Source: Seison nebaliae (Eukaryota). From it: 56,532 bases of DNA. The notes beneath the pieces were generated by a model that did not search any database, was not told where the DNA came from, and saw only the letters and a program-made list of their open reading frames with translations. The position numbers were made by a program, and so were the translations under genes. Location of the stretch: the NCBI GenBank assembly GCA_023231475.1, contig JALJEE010001598.1:1-56532 (forward strand), written 5' to 3'. Numbering within the stretch: position 1 is the first letter of the stretch; each line of letters opens with the position of its first letter. Of the stretch, positions 1 to 12,420 are shown one piece after another.

Positions 1-79
1 ATTACATCTCTTATTCCGTCTTATTTACGAGATGAAATTGAAATTGGAAGAAAACTTATAAATGATAATGTGTACAGCC

Positions 80-142
80 AGTTATCTTATTTTCTTTTTA
101 ATTTACCCCGAGGGGATTTGATTTTATAATAAATAAATAAAA
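80..142 (+). repeat. 3' tail of a non-LTR retrotransposon family (second copy at 21463-21522)
   Basis: AGTTATCTTATTTTCTT..ATTTACCCC..GG.ATTTG.TTTTATAATAAA is shared with 21463-21522; here it ends in (AATA)n. Confidence 0.6.
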
Positions 143-566
143 GTTAAAAAACGAAGGAAATAAAAAAAATTTTGAAAATTTTTAATATTTTTGGTGCTTC
201 TTCTATTCTTATTTTATTCGAGTTTTATTATTGAATATACCGATATTAATTTTAGTTCTTCCGATCCTTCTAATCTTTCCAGCATTTCATCTTTTAACTG
301 TTCTTCTTCATCCCCAACCCACGATTCTCTCGGTTTATCATCGATATCATCGTCAATTCCACAAAGGTCATGTAACTCCAAATTACTGGATAATTTTAAA
401 ACCATTTGTATCCGTCATAATTTTTCACAAGTGGCTATAAATGTGTAAGAGGTCAAAATACCTTAAGGACAGAACAAGAGACAACGGACAAATGATATGA
501 ATTTCTAGAAGAATGACACAATGATGGATCACCTGATAAGAAGCCGTAACGGCATTACTGTTTATA

Positions 567-789
567 ATCTATAACATGGATGTCAAGTTGGGAGGAACGA
601 AGAGACAAATCATGTCATTCTGTAGTTTTTACATTAGAAGATCTCTATAACGCAGAGGAAGCTGAAAACTGTTTTTTTCTCTTTCTTGCTCCCGATTTGA
701 CATCCATGATATAGAGGGATGTCAAATTGGGAGGAAATGAACAAATATAGCTCCCAAATTGCTCCCAATTTGACATCCCTGATATAGAT
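567..789. mobile_element. Nested fold-back MITE with hAT-like inverted repeats
   Basis: CATGGATGTCAAGTTGGGAG (575) pairs with CTCCCGATTTGACATCCATG (ends 708); AGGGATGTCAAATTGGGAG (715) pairs with CTCCCAATTTGACATCCCT (ends 780). The outer arms also pair. Confidence 0.65.
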
Positions 790-1490
790 CCTCCTTTTTT
801 CCGACATACAATGCTCTTGATCAAAGCTATTAGAATTTTAAGTAATTTTAAATCATGTGTATTTTTAGATTTAGCTTCAAACCTATTATTGAAATTTGTT
901 AAAAATTTCCCAAAATTATATGGAAATAATATGACGATTAATATACACCTCTCCTTCTTCATCTCGTTGATTGGGTTAAAAAATTTGGAAGCGTTAACAA
1001 ATTTTCAGCATTTCCTTTTGAAAGTTATTACGGAGTTTTAAAAAATAAACTTAACTCCGGTAATCTTCCTCTACCTCAAATAATAAATCGAATTTACGAT
1101 GCGAACGGCTTTCTTCCACCCACTAATATTAACAAACAATTTTCCGACAGTTCTCATCCAAATCCCTATTTGCATTATTTTAAATATATTTCCGAGAGAC
1201 AAAATTGTACATACGGATATCTTTATTATTCGGATGATGATGAAAGTATCTGGACCGGTATCGTAAAGCAACCTATTAAAATTCCTATTCCTGAGAACCG
1301 GAATCCGATATTTTGTATTTATTATGAAAAAAAAATAATTTCATTTTTGCAGTATTTTTTAAATTTTCTATTTTTGATTTCAAATATAATTTCTTTATTT
1401 CAAATAAAATTCATCATCTCTTCTTATGAACATTTGTTTTATTATAAACATTAAATAGTATATTTTTTTCATGCTTTCATAGTTCTTTCA

Positions 1491-1614
1491 AGCTCTAAAT
1501 ACAGCTAGAAAATAGATCTTATTTAGCCGCTAAATAATATGTTTTTTTAAGGCTCTAAATATACTTACAAATTAGATCTTATTTAGCCGCTAAATAAGAT
1601 GTTTTTTTTGAGGC
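1491..1614. repeat. Two-copy 60-bp tandem repeat with palindromic core
   Basis: GCTCTAAATA...TAGATCTTATTTAGCCGCTAAATAA.ATGTTTTTTT at 1492 and 1552; core TCTTATTTAGC-C-GCTAAATAAGA. Confidence 0.8.
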
Positions 1615-1990
1615 CTTTATAATGATCATACATTGTGGATTCGAACAAGATCTTGAATTCATTGATGTCAATTTTTGAAATAACGTTATCTTTATTTCTC
1701 AATAAGGACCAGAAATTTGCAGAATTTCCACCATTCAAAACATCGAAATATTTCCTTTCTTCGTTCCTCCGGATTAGATCTCTAACTGCTAATCTAAAGA
1801 TCTTTCTTGCATTCTTTCTTTCAATATAAGAACTCTCTGTCTTATCATTCACATATTTAGAGTTTGCTACGATCATTCTTTTCTTTAAATGTCGAATAGT
1901 TCCGAAATTTGGAAGTTTCCGATTGATAGAGCAACCATTCGCCGCATGTACCTTTTCAGACGAACCAGACTTTGTTTTATAATGTTTTTC
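1583..1990 (-). mobile_element. Probable LINE ORF2 fragment (endonuclease-RT linker)
   Basis: ERKNARKIFRLAVR...NSANFWSLL...EFKILF resembles the helical linker upstream of non-LTR reverse transcriptases; no catalytic motif present. Confidence 0.4.
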
Positions 1991-3965
1991 TATAATAGTT
2001 TCGAAATAGAATCTTAAATGTATATGAAGAGTTTGATGAAATTTAACTTCTTTAATTTAATTTCGGTTTACATCTGAGGAGAAATTTAAATTTTAATGAA
2101 TGATTTAATGAATTTAAGCAAAGGATGGTGGATTAAGCACTTTTATATTTAACTTCATATGTCCTACTTTTTAAATTTATTATTAATGGTATCCTCAGTA
2201 TACTGTAAATATTGTAATGTATATTTCTGTTTCTAAAATTTATAATATTTATTTTTTGTAACTCGATTTTCAAAGAAAACATAAAAATAAAAAGGTGGAG
2301 ATTACGTTAAACAAGTTATATTAGACGTGGGGTTAGATTTTCAAGATTTCCCATTGAAGAATTATGATCAATAGTCATCAATATCTACGAATAAGAATTT
2401 ATAAAATCTTCAATCAATTAAATTCAAATCAACTAAATGTTACTAACGGAGAATAAATTTTCTGTTGGTTAAAAACATCTTATGGATTCTTGCAAAATCT
2501 TATCTAATGAACTTTATATTATTTTTACAATATAAGATCATGAAAGATTTCCCTTGATAAATAAATTGAAACTTTATCTTCTGCATTCTATGCCTGATCT
2601 TGTACGAAGTTCATCATGGGTAACAATTGTAATAACAGATATAACACTAGTAAGTTAGATACGTTAAAAAAATAAACATCAAAATGAAAATAACCACAAT
2701 ATCCATCCTATAACAATACAACTCCTCCATTTACCAATCATATTCCTGTTATTCTCCTTCGATTGATCGATTTCTTCATTATGTAGATTAACCTACCGCA
2801 GTCCATTATACTCAAAAGTTCTTCGCAAATTTCTATTTTCTTTAACGGTTTCTTCTTTTAATATTACGATTGTACAAATTAAATAATTAATTAATTTTCA
2901 TCTATAAATATGAAAATATTCGAAGGATATTTCATTACAAAAATTTAAAATATTTTTTAGACGAATAATTTTTGCGCTCATAATGACAATTATTTTATAT
3001 CGTTTGATATACTATGTGTTTTTGTGGAATGTTCTACCAATCCAGTTCTGCGACCCCATCATATTCCAGCTTACAGATGTACCGTCTTCAACGAATTCAG
3101 ACAATTTAATTACTAAACATTCGTTAATTCAAGTTCTTCTTGTTGTGGCTGTACATCAAATAATAATAATTATTATTTATTTATTGAAATTCGCTATGGA
3201 ATAAATTAGAAAATAAATTATAAAAATTTGGGTCTTCGCCAACATTGATCAAATGCTGTAATGTACATGTAGGTGATCACTTACAGATTCCTGATTAATT
3301 TGCAAGGTTATGGTTGGGTCTCGGGGTAGTTCGCAATAACGGATAGTATGAGAAAAAACTGACAAAGTGAAGGATAAAATCAGTAATAATAACAGAACAA
3401 AAGGAAAAAAATGTCCAGTATGGAAGAAATTATGATTCGGCAATGTATCGGAATTATGTTCGGCAGTTAGTAAGAAATGCCCAAGAGACAAAGACTCCAC
3501 GCCGAAAGTTATATACCTTTATATATATATTATAAATATTATATAACCTATAAAGTTTATATATTACCATAAAGTCATCGTCTTTCATTTAAATTGCAGA
3601 AAGATTCATAACTCATAAGTTATAACAAGTTTGAGGTTCATTGATGAAGTTTCTCCGATTAGGAGGAGGTTCATATGAACAGGAGAACTTAAGAAGTTCA
3701 AGAAAACGAACGACTATTCATCTTCAATTCAATTGGATAAAACAAAATCATCGTAATACTTCCCCAGCCGTCTGTAAAGTGATAATTTTAATGTCCTGTT
3801 CAAATGTCACAAACAATATGGAAAACTTTATTTTATTATTTTTCGAAAAATCTACTGAACGTATGAGACTATTCGAGACGTCTGTATTTGTTGATATTCA
3901 TTTAACATTATAGTAGTAATCGAAGTCTTCTATGATGTAGATAACCTCAGTAAAACGAAGTTATT

Positions 3966-4120
3966 CTCGACTTTTCTCTTACCTAAAGAAATATAGGACA
4001 AAGGAAGTAATCTCACCTTTTTTCATTTTCAAAATTTCCTATCTATTTTTAGATTTCGGTGAAAAAATCGAGGATAACTTCCTTTGTTCTATATTTCCTT
4101 AGGAAAAGGAATGATCGGAG
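3966..4120. mobile_element. MITE-like imperfect inverted repeat
   Basis: CCTAAAGAAATATAGGACAAAGGAAGTAATCTC vs reverse complement of GAGGATAACTTCCTTTGTTCTATATTTCCTTAGG. Confidence 0.6.
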
Positions 4121-4704
4121 ATATACATATTATCAACATTGTCTAATGATATTGTGAATGTCATATGGGTAGTTTTCGGAAACCCTCCAATTATAAATTA
4201 TATATTTATTATAAAACACTTCATTTACATTTAATTTTTTTGTAATAATAAACCAAAATCAATATCAGATAAATTATACCTGATTGTCGAAGTTCGTCGA
4301 AAGTGTGTAGAAAAGAGGGGTGTTTTTTATACAAATTTTCTAACAAATTAAAAAATTGTAAGTTTTAGAAAAAGATATAAAACGGTGTCTTTTATACTGA
4401 GATTCGGTTAATATCATCAATTTTCTCTTAATCCATATTTTGCAAGAATAATTAATAGGCTGCCTTTCACTAGTTCATTCAGTTGCGTTAGATTGCGGTT
4501 AACAAGTTCTTGGATGGCTGTTGTTTGTTGAGAACCCAAGGGTAGATTAACATATGAGAATTTTTGGTTTTCAGGTGTCATATATATATCATTTTTACCA
4601 TTAGTTGTATTATTATAAATACATATTATGTATAACAATTTACTTGAAATATAAAATCAAAATTGTTTTGCTAAGTAAAAATAAACATATCGGTGTAAAA
4701 TGTT

Positions 4705-6520
4705 TTGCTTGAACGAATACATAAATTGAACGAAAGTTCGCAGAATATGGAGGAACCTCACGAAATAAACTTTTCTGCAATCAACAGACAAATAGCAAAA
4801 ATTATTTCCGATAATGGTTATCCGCTCAACTGCAATAACGTCGACGAAACAACAGATTCCACTAACCATTCGCAACTAGTCATATTTATTAAATACTGCG
4901 ATAAATCTTTCAAATGTAAGGAAAGCTTGTTGGATCTAATATCGTTAGAGAATACTATTACTGCTCAAGATATTTATCAAGCGTTCAATCAAATTATTAA
5001 CAAATACACTCTCGATTAAAAAAATAAAATGATAAATATTTGTATCGATGGTGCACCTTCTATGGTGGGACGGTACAATGGATTTGTAACGATTTTGAAG
5101 CAGTCAATTCCTGAACTTGATGTTATTCATTGTAGTATACACAGATTTGCACTTTGTGTTAAACACAAAGAAGTTAAGTTAATTACAGATAATGTTTGGA
5201 AGTATATCAAACTGTTATCTAATAGGAGCAGTTTGATTTATCGACAATATGAATTGTATAGAAAAAGTTGCGGATTGAAGGTCGGAATTAAGAAATTTAC
5301 AGCTGTCCGATGGTTATCAGCGTTTGAAATGCTGCAAAGATTTTTCGACCAACATGATTGTATAATGAAATTTTTCGATCAGAAACAATTAATTTTCAAA
5401 GATGAAATTGTTCATCTCTCTTCTTTTCAATGGAGAATCGGGACTTCCTTCATTCTTAACATTTAGGAACAAACTTATCGATGTAACAAGAGTTTACAAG
5501 GATGTCATCCATTATTTATCATCTTTAATCAAATCAAAAAATTTAGAACGATATTCGGTCGAATGCTGACAGACTTAGAAAATAGATCATATAATTTTTT
5601 TCCGAGAGTCGGTAAACTAATATCGAATAAAGAAAACCATTGAGACGAAAATATTTTCAGCAAATGGCAAAAGAAATCAATCCATTGCTGGATTCACAGA
5701 CTCCATTTGTGCGGAAAAGTAAGAGAGCTGAATGAATTTATAAATAAAATGTGGAGCATTGTTAAAGGGATTAGAAATGCAAGTCCACTAACCCATCGAC
5801 AATTCAAATTGCATTTACTCGAAGAAAATAATGAATATCACGATCTTCGTCCTCACTGCAGTGTGAGATGGTGTTCTGCATATTTAATGGTTGAAAGATA
5901 TATTGAAATTAAATCTTCTGTTCAATCATTTATTGAGCAACATAAGTTAACGAATCTACAATTTGCGTGCAATAATGATTTCAATACTAAAACAACTAAT
6001 TTTTTTAAAATATTGAAGCTGCTATATTTCGCAAATAAAAGTTGGCAGGGAAAATCATAATGATCAACGAATTATGTCAGCTTCTCAAGGACATTAAAGG
6101 TCTTAATTGCACACCGATTTCTGATGTTCTAGCTGAAATTATACGCAATATTGAAAATTATTTTGAAGAAGAATTAAGAGAAATTTCGATTTACCGAAAT
6201 TTTTGGGCTAACCCATTTAATGTTGAGCAAGAAAATATTCCTTCCGAAATTTTGGAAGAAATAATAGTTCTTAAAAATTACTATTACCAAAAATCTAAAT
6301 TTGATTCTTTTCTTCAAACAAAGAGTAATTATGACTGGTTAGTTGATTTTTGGATTTAATTAATAATTTAAAACTAACTAAAAAGGATGTCGCAGGATAT
6401 TGCACAACCTATAACTGCGAGAGTCTTTTTTCAACAGTCAAATAAGTGAAAAACCATTATCGAAACAGGTTGACAAACCAAAATCTTTCGAACATACTTT
6501 TCTTATATGACGAAAAATCG
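4705..6520 (+). mobile_element. Decayed hAT (Buster/ZBED5/GTF2IRD2-like) transposase
   Basis: DETTDSTNHSQLVIF, CIDGAPSMVG, HCSIHRFAL, VRWLS and C-terminal TTYNCESLFSTVK*VKNHYRNRLT; broken by stops and frameshifts. Confidence 0.9.
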
Positions 6521-6639
6521 TAATTACTTTTTTGATATTTTCATTCTCCATAATAAAGAATCTTGAATTAAGATTTTCAAATAAAAATTTTGGTAATTAT
6601 TTAATTATTTAATAGCACATTTTTTTCTAAGCTTTACCC

Positions 6640-8720
6640 AAATGTGAAAATGGCGTGAAACCCTGCCTCCAAGGAATACATCGGTAGAACTAAACTCTTA
6701 AGAAGCGAAAGACGGATCTTCAATGGAACGAATTTGGATTGAGGAGAAAACGAGAAGAACGCTCTACAAAATTTATTTCGAATACGATCGAGAAAAATGA
6801 CCGAATATCGAACAATGAGCCAAGAAAGACGTTGGAAGAACTGAGAGGAATGTTAGAGAAAGAACGATTGCCAGTCGACAACAACCAACATTTCGATTCA
6901 TTAATGGAAATACCTCTTTCGGCGAGAAGATGATTGATGCATATTAGTGGATTATAGATGAGAAATTGGAAACAGGAGGACGAGAAAAATATTTTTGATG
7001 AGACATTACAGAAGTTGAACGATGGGCAATAAGAGAAAGTTGTTCAGATATCTTGTCGAATGGGAGACAATTTGCAATATTTTTTACAAATATTGACTTG
7101 ACAGTGTTTATTCAGCGAAGGAAGATCTTTTGACACAGATTGGGATGAGATGGGAATGATTAGAGCGATAGGAAGATGATCGGACAGGGAGAATAAGAAG
7201 GAATCGTGAATAATCTCGCAGACAACTGCAGATGTACTTAGACTATCATTAATGATAAAGTGATCAATCCAGGAACTGCCAGAATGGGATGTAAACGTTA
7301 CGGAGTCGTTCTTACATAATTTGTAGTCGATGAAATGAGAATAGGTGGACGAGAGGAGTTGAGAGAGACGATTTGATGCGGGAAAATGTTTCCGGACATC
7401 ACAATTGAAATCACTTCCTATTAAAAAATGAGAATTGTTGTCATTCAAGATGGTAGATTCAATTACGGAGAGGGATGAAGAGAAACTCGAGTGATCGTTC
7501 GGTCGAAGATAAACGTTGAAACATAGAATGTTTTGGATAATAAAACAGACGACGTCGGGCGAAAGTTCACTAAACGAAGTTGGATGGAGATCCTTAGAAA
7601 TCAACGCGCAGAGACATAGAAACCCGCCAGACGGTCGGCCGGACCCGTTAGCAGAATTCGGAGGAGAAGCTGAAGTAATGTAACAAAGATGGTCATTAAC
7701 TTCCAGCCAAGTAGGTTTAGCATCCACGAGCCAAGTCTCTTGGCAAAATATGATGTCGAATCCGGAGAGAAACAGAATAGATGATCGGAGGTTCGTAGAA
7801 CCATGGGCGTTAAAAGAAAGGAAAGGAATATTACGGTGAATGGAAGAGATGTGATTGTCGGAAGACGGTATTACGTCAGGAGAGGAAATATATCAAAAAG
7901 ATGTGACGGGGTCGGATAAATTGGACGAATAAGAGTTGATCGGAATAGTTGAGAGAGGGGCGTCGTTCACAACACCTGTGGAAGAATTATTAGTGAATTC
8001 GATACATCTATCTCGTAGAAAGTCGTTGGTGGAAGATGAGAAGTAAGAACGGCCGTACCAACGTGTTTTGGGGTCATAGATTCGGATTATGAAGGAGCGT
8101 GGAGTGGTCAGCGCTTCGTCACGCAATTTACTTTTCATTCGCCAAAGTTTAGTTGCTTGAAGATTGGAATCAGAGATGAGTTTAGCTACATCGGTTGTGG
8201 TGGTCATCGGATGAAAATTGGTCACCAATACAGAACGAAAGATGGGTTTCGGAGGACGCATCTGAGCGCCCGTCACGAAACAGCATGTACGGGTTCCGGG
8301 ACGAACATTGACGGATCTTTTCTTTTCTTTTTCCCGCACTGGTTTTCCCGTTAGCTTCGCGTTAGTTAGATTCGAAGAAGAGCCAGACGAAGAAGGATAC
8401 CTAATACCTAACATATTTTCTGAAACTTCAGAAAAAATCCTATCTAACATTGTCAAAATTATCTTCCTACGTACTATACAGATCAACGTCTAATCATCGC
8501 AGTTGAAAAAATATTTCTAAATGTTTTGGGGATATTTTCCGCACGGGGATTTTTCAATCGAAAAATTCTCAATAGGATTAAGGTTAAATTTGAGTGCAAG
8601 ATCTTGAGATATTGACTTGCATTGTATTTTCGTGGAAGAATTATCAAGAATTTTCTTGATTCTCATAGACATCTCACTTGGAGGTATTATGAGATGAATC
8701 ATTTTTTGCAAATTACTACA
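6640..8720 (-). mobile_element. Degenerate non-LTR retrotransposon: ORF1 plus APE endonuclease, RT missing
   Basis: 7044-7727 has GRPSGG, NVYLRP, GSDFNC, SWIDHF and SDHLPI motifs; 7893-8486 is ORF1-like (RSVLVTNFHPMTT..DV). Boundaries approximate. Confidence 0.85.
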
Positions 8721-9087
8721 ATTTTAAATCAAAATAAATTAAGAATTATTTTGCCATTAATTGTTCATCTAACCTAAATAAGAAAGTTTCAAAAGTTTAT
8801 TTGTTTCAGAATGAAGCATGCTTAGTGAATTGAAGAAATTGTAGAGAATAAAATTACAGGAAAGAAAGGATTATAAATGATTTGTTTAGTTAATGAACTA
8901 TTCTGAGAATAAGGGATAAGTTAAAGGGAAATGAGGAAGTGATTTATCAGAAATTTGAAAAATAGAAAGAATATACAAACGAATGAAAATTGAGATTCGG
9001 TTAACGAAATAATAAATATGAGGATAAAGGACATGGAAGAAAGGAAGGAAAACAATTCTCATTTGATGGTGGCTATCAATAAATATG

Positions 9088-11322
9088 TTAAATTAATTCT
9101 CGTTGTTGCAACTGTTTCTGATGTTGGTTTCTAATACTGTTCAAATCGGTCAGATCTAAGAAAGATGTACGGACATGGAGAGCTGCTGCCAAGTCTAAAA
9201 CGTCGCCTAACAACCGTCGAGACGATACGATTTCAGGAGGTAATATTGGAGAGGATGTTGGTTGATGTGTTGATGATGTGAATGCACGATGTAATGATAT
9301 GACGAGTGAAGCGAATGTATGACGAAGGATTAATGCACGACTGAAATCATCATAGAAAAATCGAATTAATCGTCGATAATCATTCGTTTTATCATCGTCT
9401 ACTTTAACACGTTCAAACGTATTGGCGATATCGATGAGAATACGTTGAACGCCATGTCGACATAAAGACCACATCGGAGCAGATATCTCTTTATTTAACC
9501 CAGTGATTCGACAGAATCCAGCTACAGGAGAACTTAGGAAAAGTGTATAGAGACTACCCGAACGATTTTCATCTTGGAATGCTGTTGGCCATTCAGCAGG
9601 AGAAATTAATGCGACGAAAGATTCATTGAAAAAATTACAATTTAAATTAGCGAACGAATGACTTGTATTATTATTTGAATCGATAATTAAGAGCATTGGT
9701 TTCCGTAGAAACGGTATGAAATCATTCGAATAAATTGTATTTGACGTGGAGGTATTGGAGGATATATTGGCAGTCGATTCATTATCAACTGATCCATCTA
9801 ATTTCATTTCAGCTGAATCAATCTCCTCATCAGTTCCATTTGCATCACTATCATTTCCGTTTTGATTTCCATCATCATTCTCACGATTATTCGATGACGA
9901 TGATGTTGTTCCAGTAGATGACGAATTGTTAGTTCCTGATAATAATAAACCGCTAAAACGTTGATCATTAATCATATGATGGATTCCATCAGCTGATACA
10001 TAAACGAGCATGGCTGTCGTTCCTTTAAATGATCGATTATTTCCACATTTGGTGGCGGAGGCAGCTGCAGCTGAGGTAGCTTCAGGTACGAGAACTTCCG
10101 ATGGTGTATGTAATTCTTTCAAAGCGGCAGATAAATATGTTAAGAATAATGATGTGGTCGGTTTATAGATGACATATTTGTGTGGAGATTTCAATCGTTG
10201 TGCTAATTGTACAAGAGCAGCTGTAGATAATGCTTCTCTCGTTATCACATCATCAATTGTTGTCATTTCATCTAATCCGAGATTTTGTGTTTCTGCTAAT
10301 GATTCGTCACATGGTTCACGTTCAACAGCTTGTAACATTCGGAACATGTCAAGAGTTAATTCAGAAAATTTCACTTGTCTTTGTTTAGCACCAACAATGA
10401 GAACTTCTTGGAGAATATGTCCTTCTTTAATCAACAACGAATAATGAGTACTGGTTGTGAGTGATGGTGGAGGTGGTAATTCGGTGATATCCAATCTGAG
10501 AGATAACGCTTTCTCTTGCATGAGAAGCATATGTTGAGGTGCGAAAAGGATACTCTCACCATCGCCAATATTCTCTTGGACGACGGAAAGAGTTTGATCA
10601 GCTTGAATGAATTCACTTAATTCACTGAGAACTAATTGCCATTCGATTTGATCATCTGGATCATAACTATTGATATAATCATTCACTAATTCATCCAATT
10701 CATCAACTAATTGTTTCACTAATTCATGTCGACGTAATAGAATACAAACGACTATGAATCGTGCATAATATCTCAACTTCTTCACTGCTAAGTCGCCACG
10801 ATTCGCTTCGTCATCCAATCGTTTATAATAACCTCTCATACGAATAGCTAAATAGAATGAGAATGCTTCATTCAAATAACTACTCTCACTTGTACGCAAA
10901 TAATAATGATAATACAACTGTCCAATTTTCGATGCGATCTCTCCGATTTGCCATCGCTTCAATTTATAGGAACCGTCCAGAATTGCACGATGCTGTTGTT
11001 GAAATCGCCACACTTTCGTGTAAATATCAAATGCACGTACGAAATATGATTGCCAATGACTCTTTCCGTATTGAGGCAAATCTCTCAATCCATTAAACAA
11101 TTGTCTTGACTTCTCCAACAAATACACGAACTCATTCACCACATCCACATTCAAATGATTCTCATTCGATATCGTATTGTTGTTGTTGTTGTTGTTAGTG
11201 TTGTTTTTTAAGTCATGTTTGTTCATACCATTCTCTTCACTTCTCGTATCTTTTTTTTGTGTCGATGTGGAAATTGTTGAATGATTGGAAGACTCGCTCG
11301 TATATACATCATCATCCGCCAT
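9088..11322 (-). CDS. SCAI: Protein SCAI (suppressor of cancer cell invasion), intronless CDS
   Basis: EFVYLLEKSRQLFNGLRDLPQYG, LKRWQIGEIASKIGQLYYHYYLRTSE, VKFSELTLDMFRMLQ. First ATG at 11322; probable GTT..CAG 5'UTR intron at 11368-11416. Confidence 0.93.
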   Translation of the reverse strand: MADDDVYTSESSNHSTISTSTQKKDTRSEENGMNKHDLKNNTNNNNNNNTISNENHLNVDVVNEFVYLLEKSRQLFNGLRDLPQYGKSHWQSYFVRAFDIYTKVWRFQQQHRAILDGSYKLKRWQIGEIASKIGQLYYHYYLRTSESSYLNEAFSFYLAIRMRGYYKRLDDEANRGDLAVKKLRYYARFIVVCILLRRHELVKQLVDELDELVNDYINSYDPDDQIEWQLVLSELSEFIQADQTLSVVQENIGDGESILFAPQHMLLMQEKALSLRLDITELPPPPSLTTSTHYSLLIKEGHILQEVLIVGAKQRQVKFSELTLDMFRMLQAVEREPCDESLAETQNLGLDEMTTIDDVITREALSTAALVQLAQRLKSPHKYVIYKPTTSLFLTYLSAALKELHTPSEVLVPEATSAAAASATKCGNNRSFKGTTAMLVYVSADGIHHMINDQRFSGLLLSGTNNSSSTGTTSSSSNNRENDDGNQNGNDSDANGTDEEIDSAEMKLDGSVDNESTANISSNTSTSNTIYSNDFIPFLRKPMLLIIDSNNNTSHSFANLNCNFFNESFVALISPAEWPTAFQDENRSGSLYTLFLSSPVAGFCRITGLNKEISAPMWSLCRHGVQRILIDIANTFERVKVDDDKTNDYRRLIRFFYDDFSRALILRHTFASLVISLHRAFTSSTHQPTSSPILPPEIVSSRRLLGDVLDLAAALHVRTSFLDLTDLNSIRNQHQKQLQQRELI

Positions 11323-12420
11323 CACTGATAAATCGATAAGTTCCGATAAGCTCAATATCAGTAATCACTGTTGTTGTTGGGAATTCAATCAAATTTAATT
11401 AAATCTCTTTCAAAACCAATTAGTATTTACATCACTTCATTGATATAATTCGCCACTTCGAAGTACCTTCATCTCCTTGGTAAAGATACTTGATCATCAT
11501 CAACACATTAATCGTTCCTCCCATTAAAATAATTTTTTTGTTTATTTATAATAATATTTGAATAAATTTCATGATTTTCTCTTTACCATTACCAATTTTT
11601 ATAAGAACATCAATCATAATAATAGGTGACGAAGTTCGTAGCTCTAAAATAAATTTAATTATTTTCTTCAAATTGTCAAGTTTGTTTAAAATGATGGAAA
11701 AACACGTTAATATACAATTTCTGAACTAATTTTGATTATTGAGTATTTGGACCATTAAAAATTCATAATATTTCTAACATATTTCCTTGTGAATATTCAC
11801 GAATGATTTCTCTTTTATTAATGTGTTGGAATCCTCATTAAGGATAGTCGTTACATAACTGTATAAAAGTGAATAATTTAATGCTACCTCCATTCACAAT
11901 ATACATGTTCTTCTTTCGAATTAACAAATTGTAAGTGAAATCAATAGAAATTTATAAAATTTTTCTTTGTACAATCGATCACTTTAAACTGTTGTCACTC
12001 CAATCTTCCACGTCTCCTTCCTACTAATACTTCTCTTTACAATTTCAATCGATGTTGCTGTGGGAGAGCGTTTATGTAATTGGCTAACCATTATTCCACA
12101 TTTTCACATGAATGTGGAGGTAAGTGAACAAATAAGTGGAATGAATGAAACATTTCTTATTGTATGAGAGAAAGGTCAGCATTTATTATTCCCATTCAAT
12201 CTCCTTCATGGTCGTTAAACAAATGGGCAGTTTAGGTACATTCATTCCTTTCTCAAACTGATGAGTAAAAATGAAATGTAGAGGAGGCAGTACATATCTT
12301 CCTTCATATTTCCCAGAATGCGAAACACAAAAACTCCTTTTAAAAGAATTTTAATCAATTAACCATTATTCACATTTCCTAGTTAGAACTGCTAATTGTC
12401 GAGTTGGAAAGGTTTAGCTA

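Noticed and set aside
191..1454. Short ORFs at the start of the window
   Set aside because: No family motif; they lie among repeat fragments.
11323..11355. TTG/GTG starts in the ORF track (SCAI, MRPL41, senju-like and others)
   Set aside because: The locus is eukaryotic; downstream ATGs match the expected N-termini.
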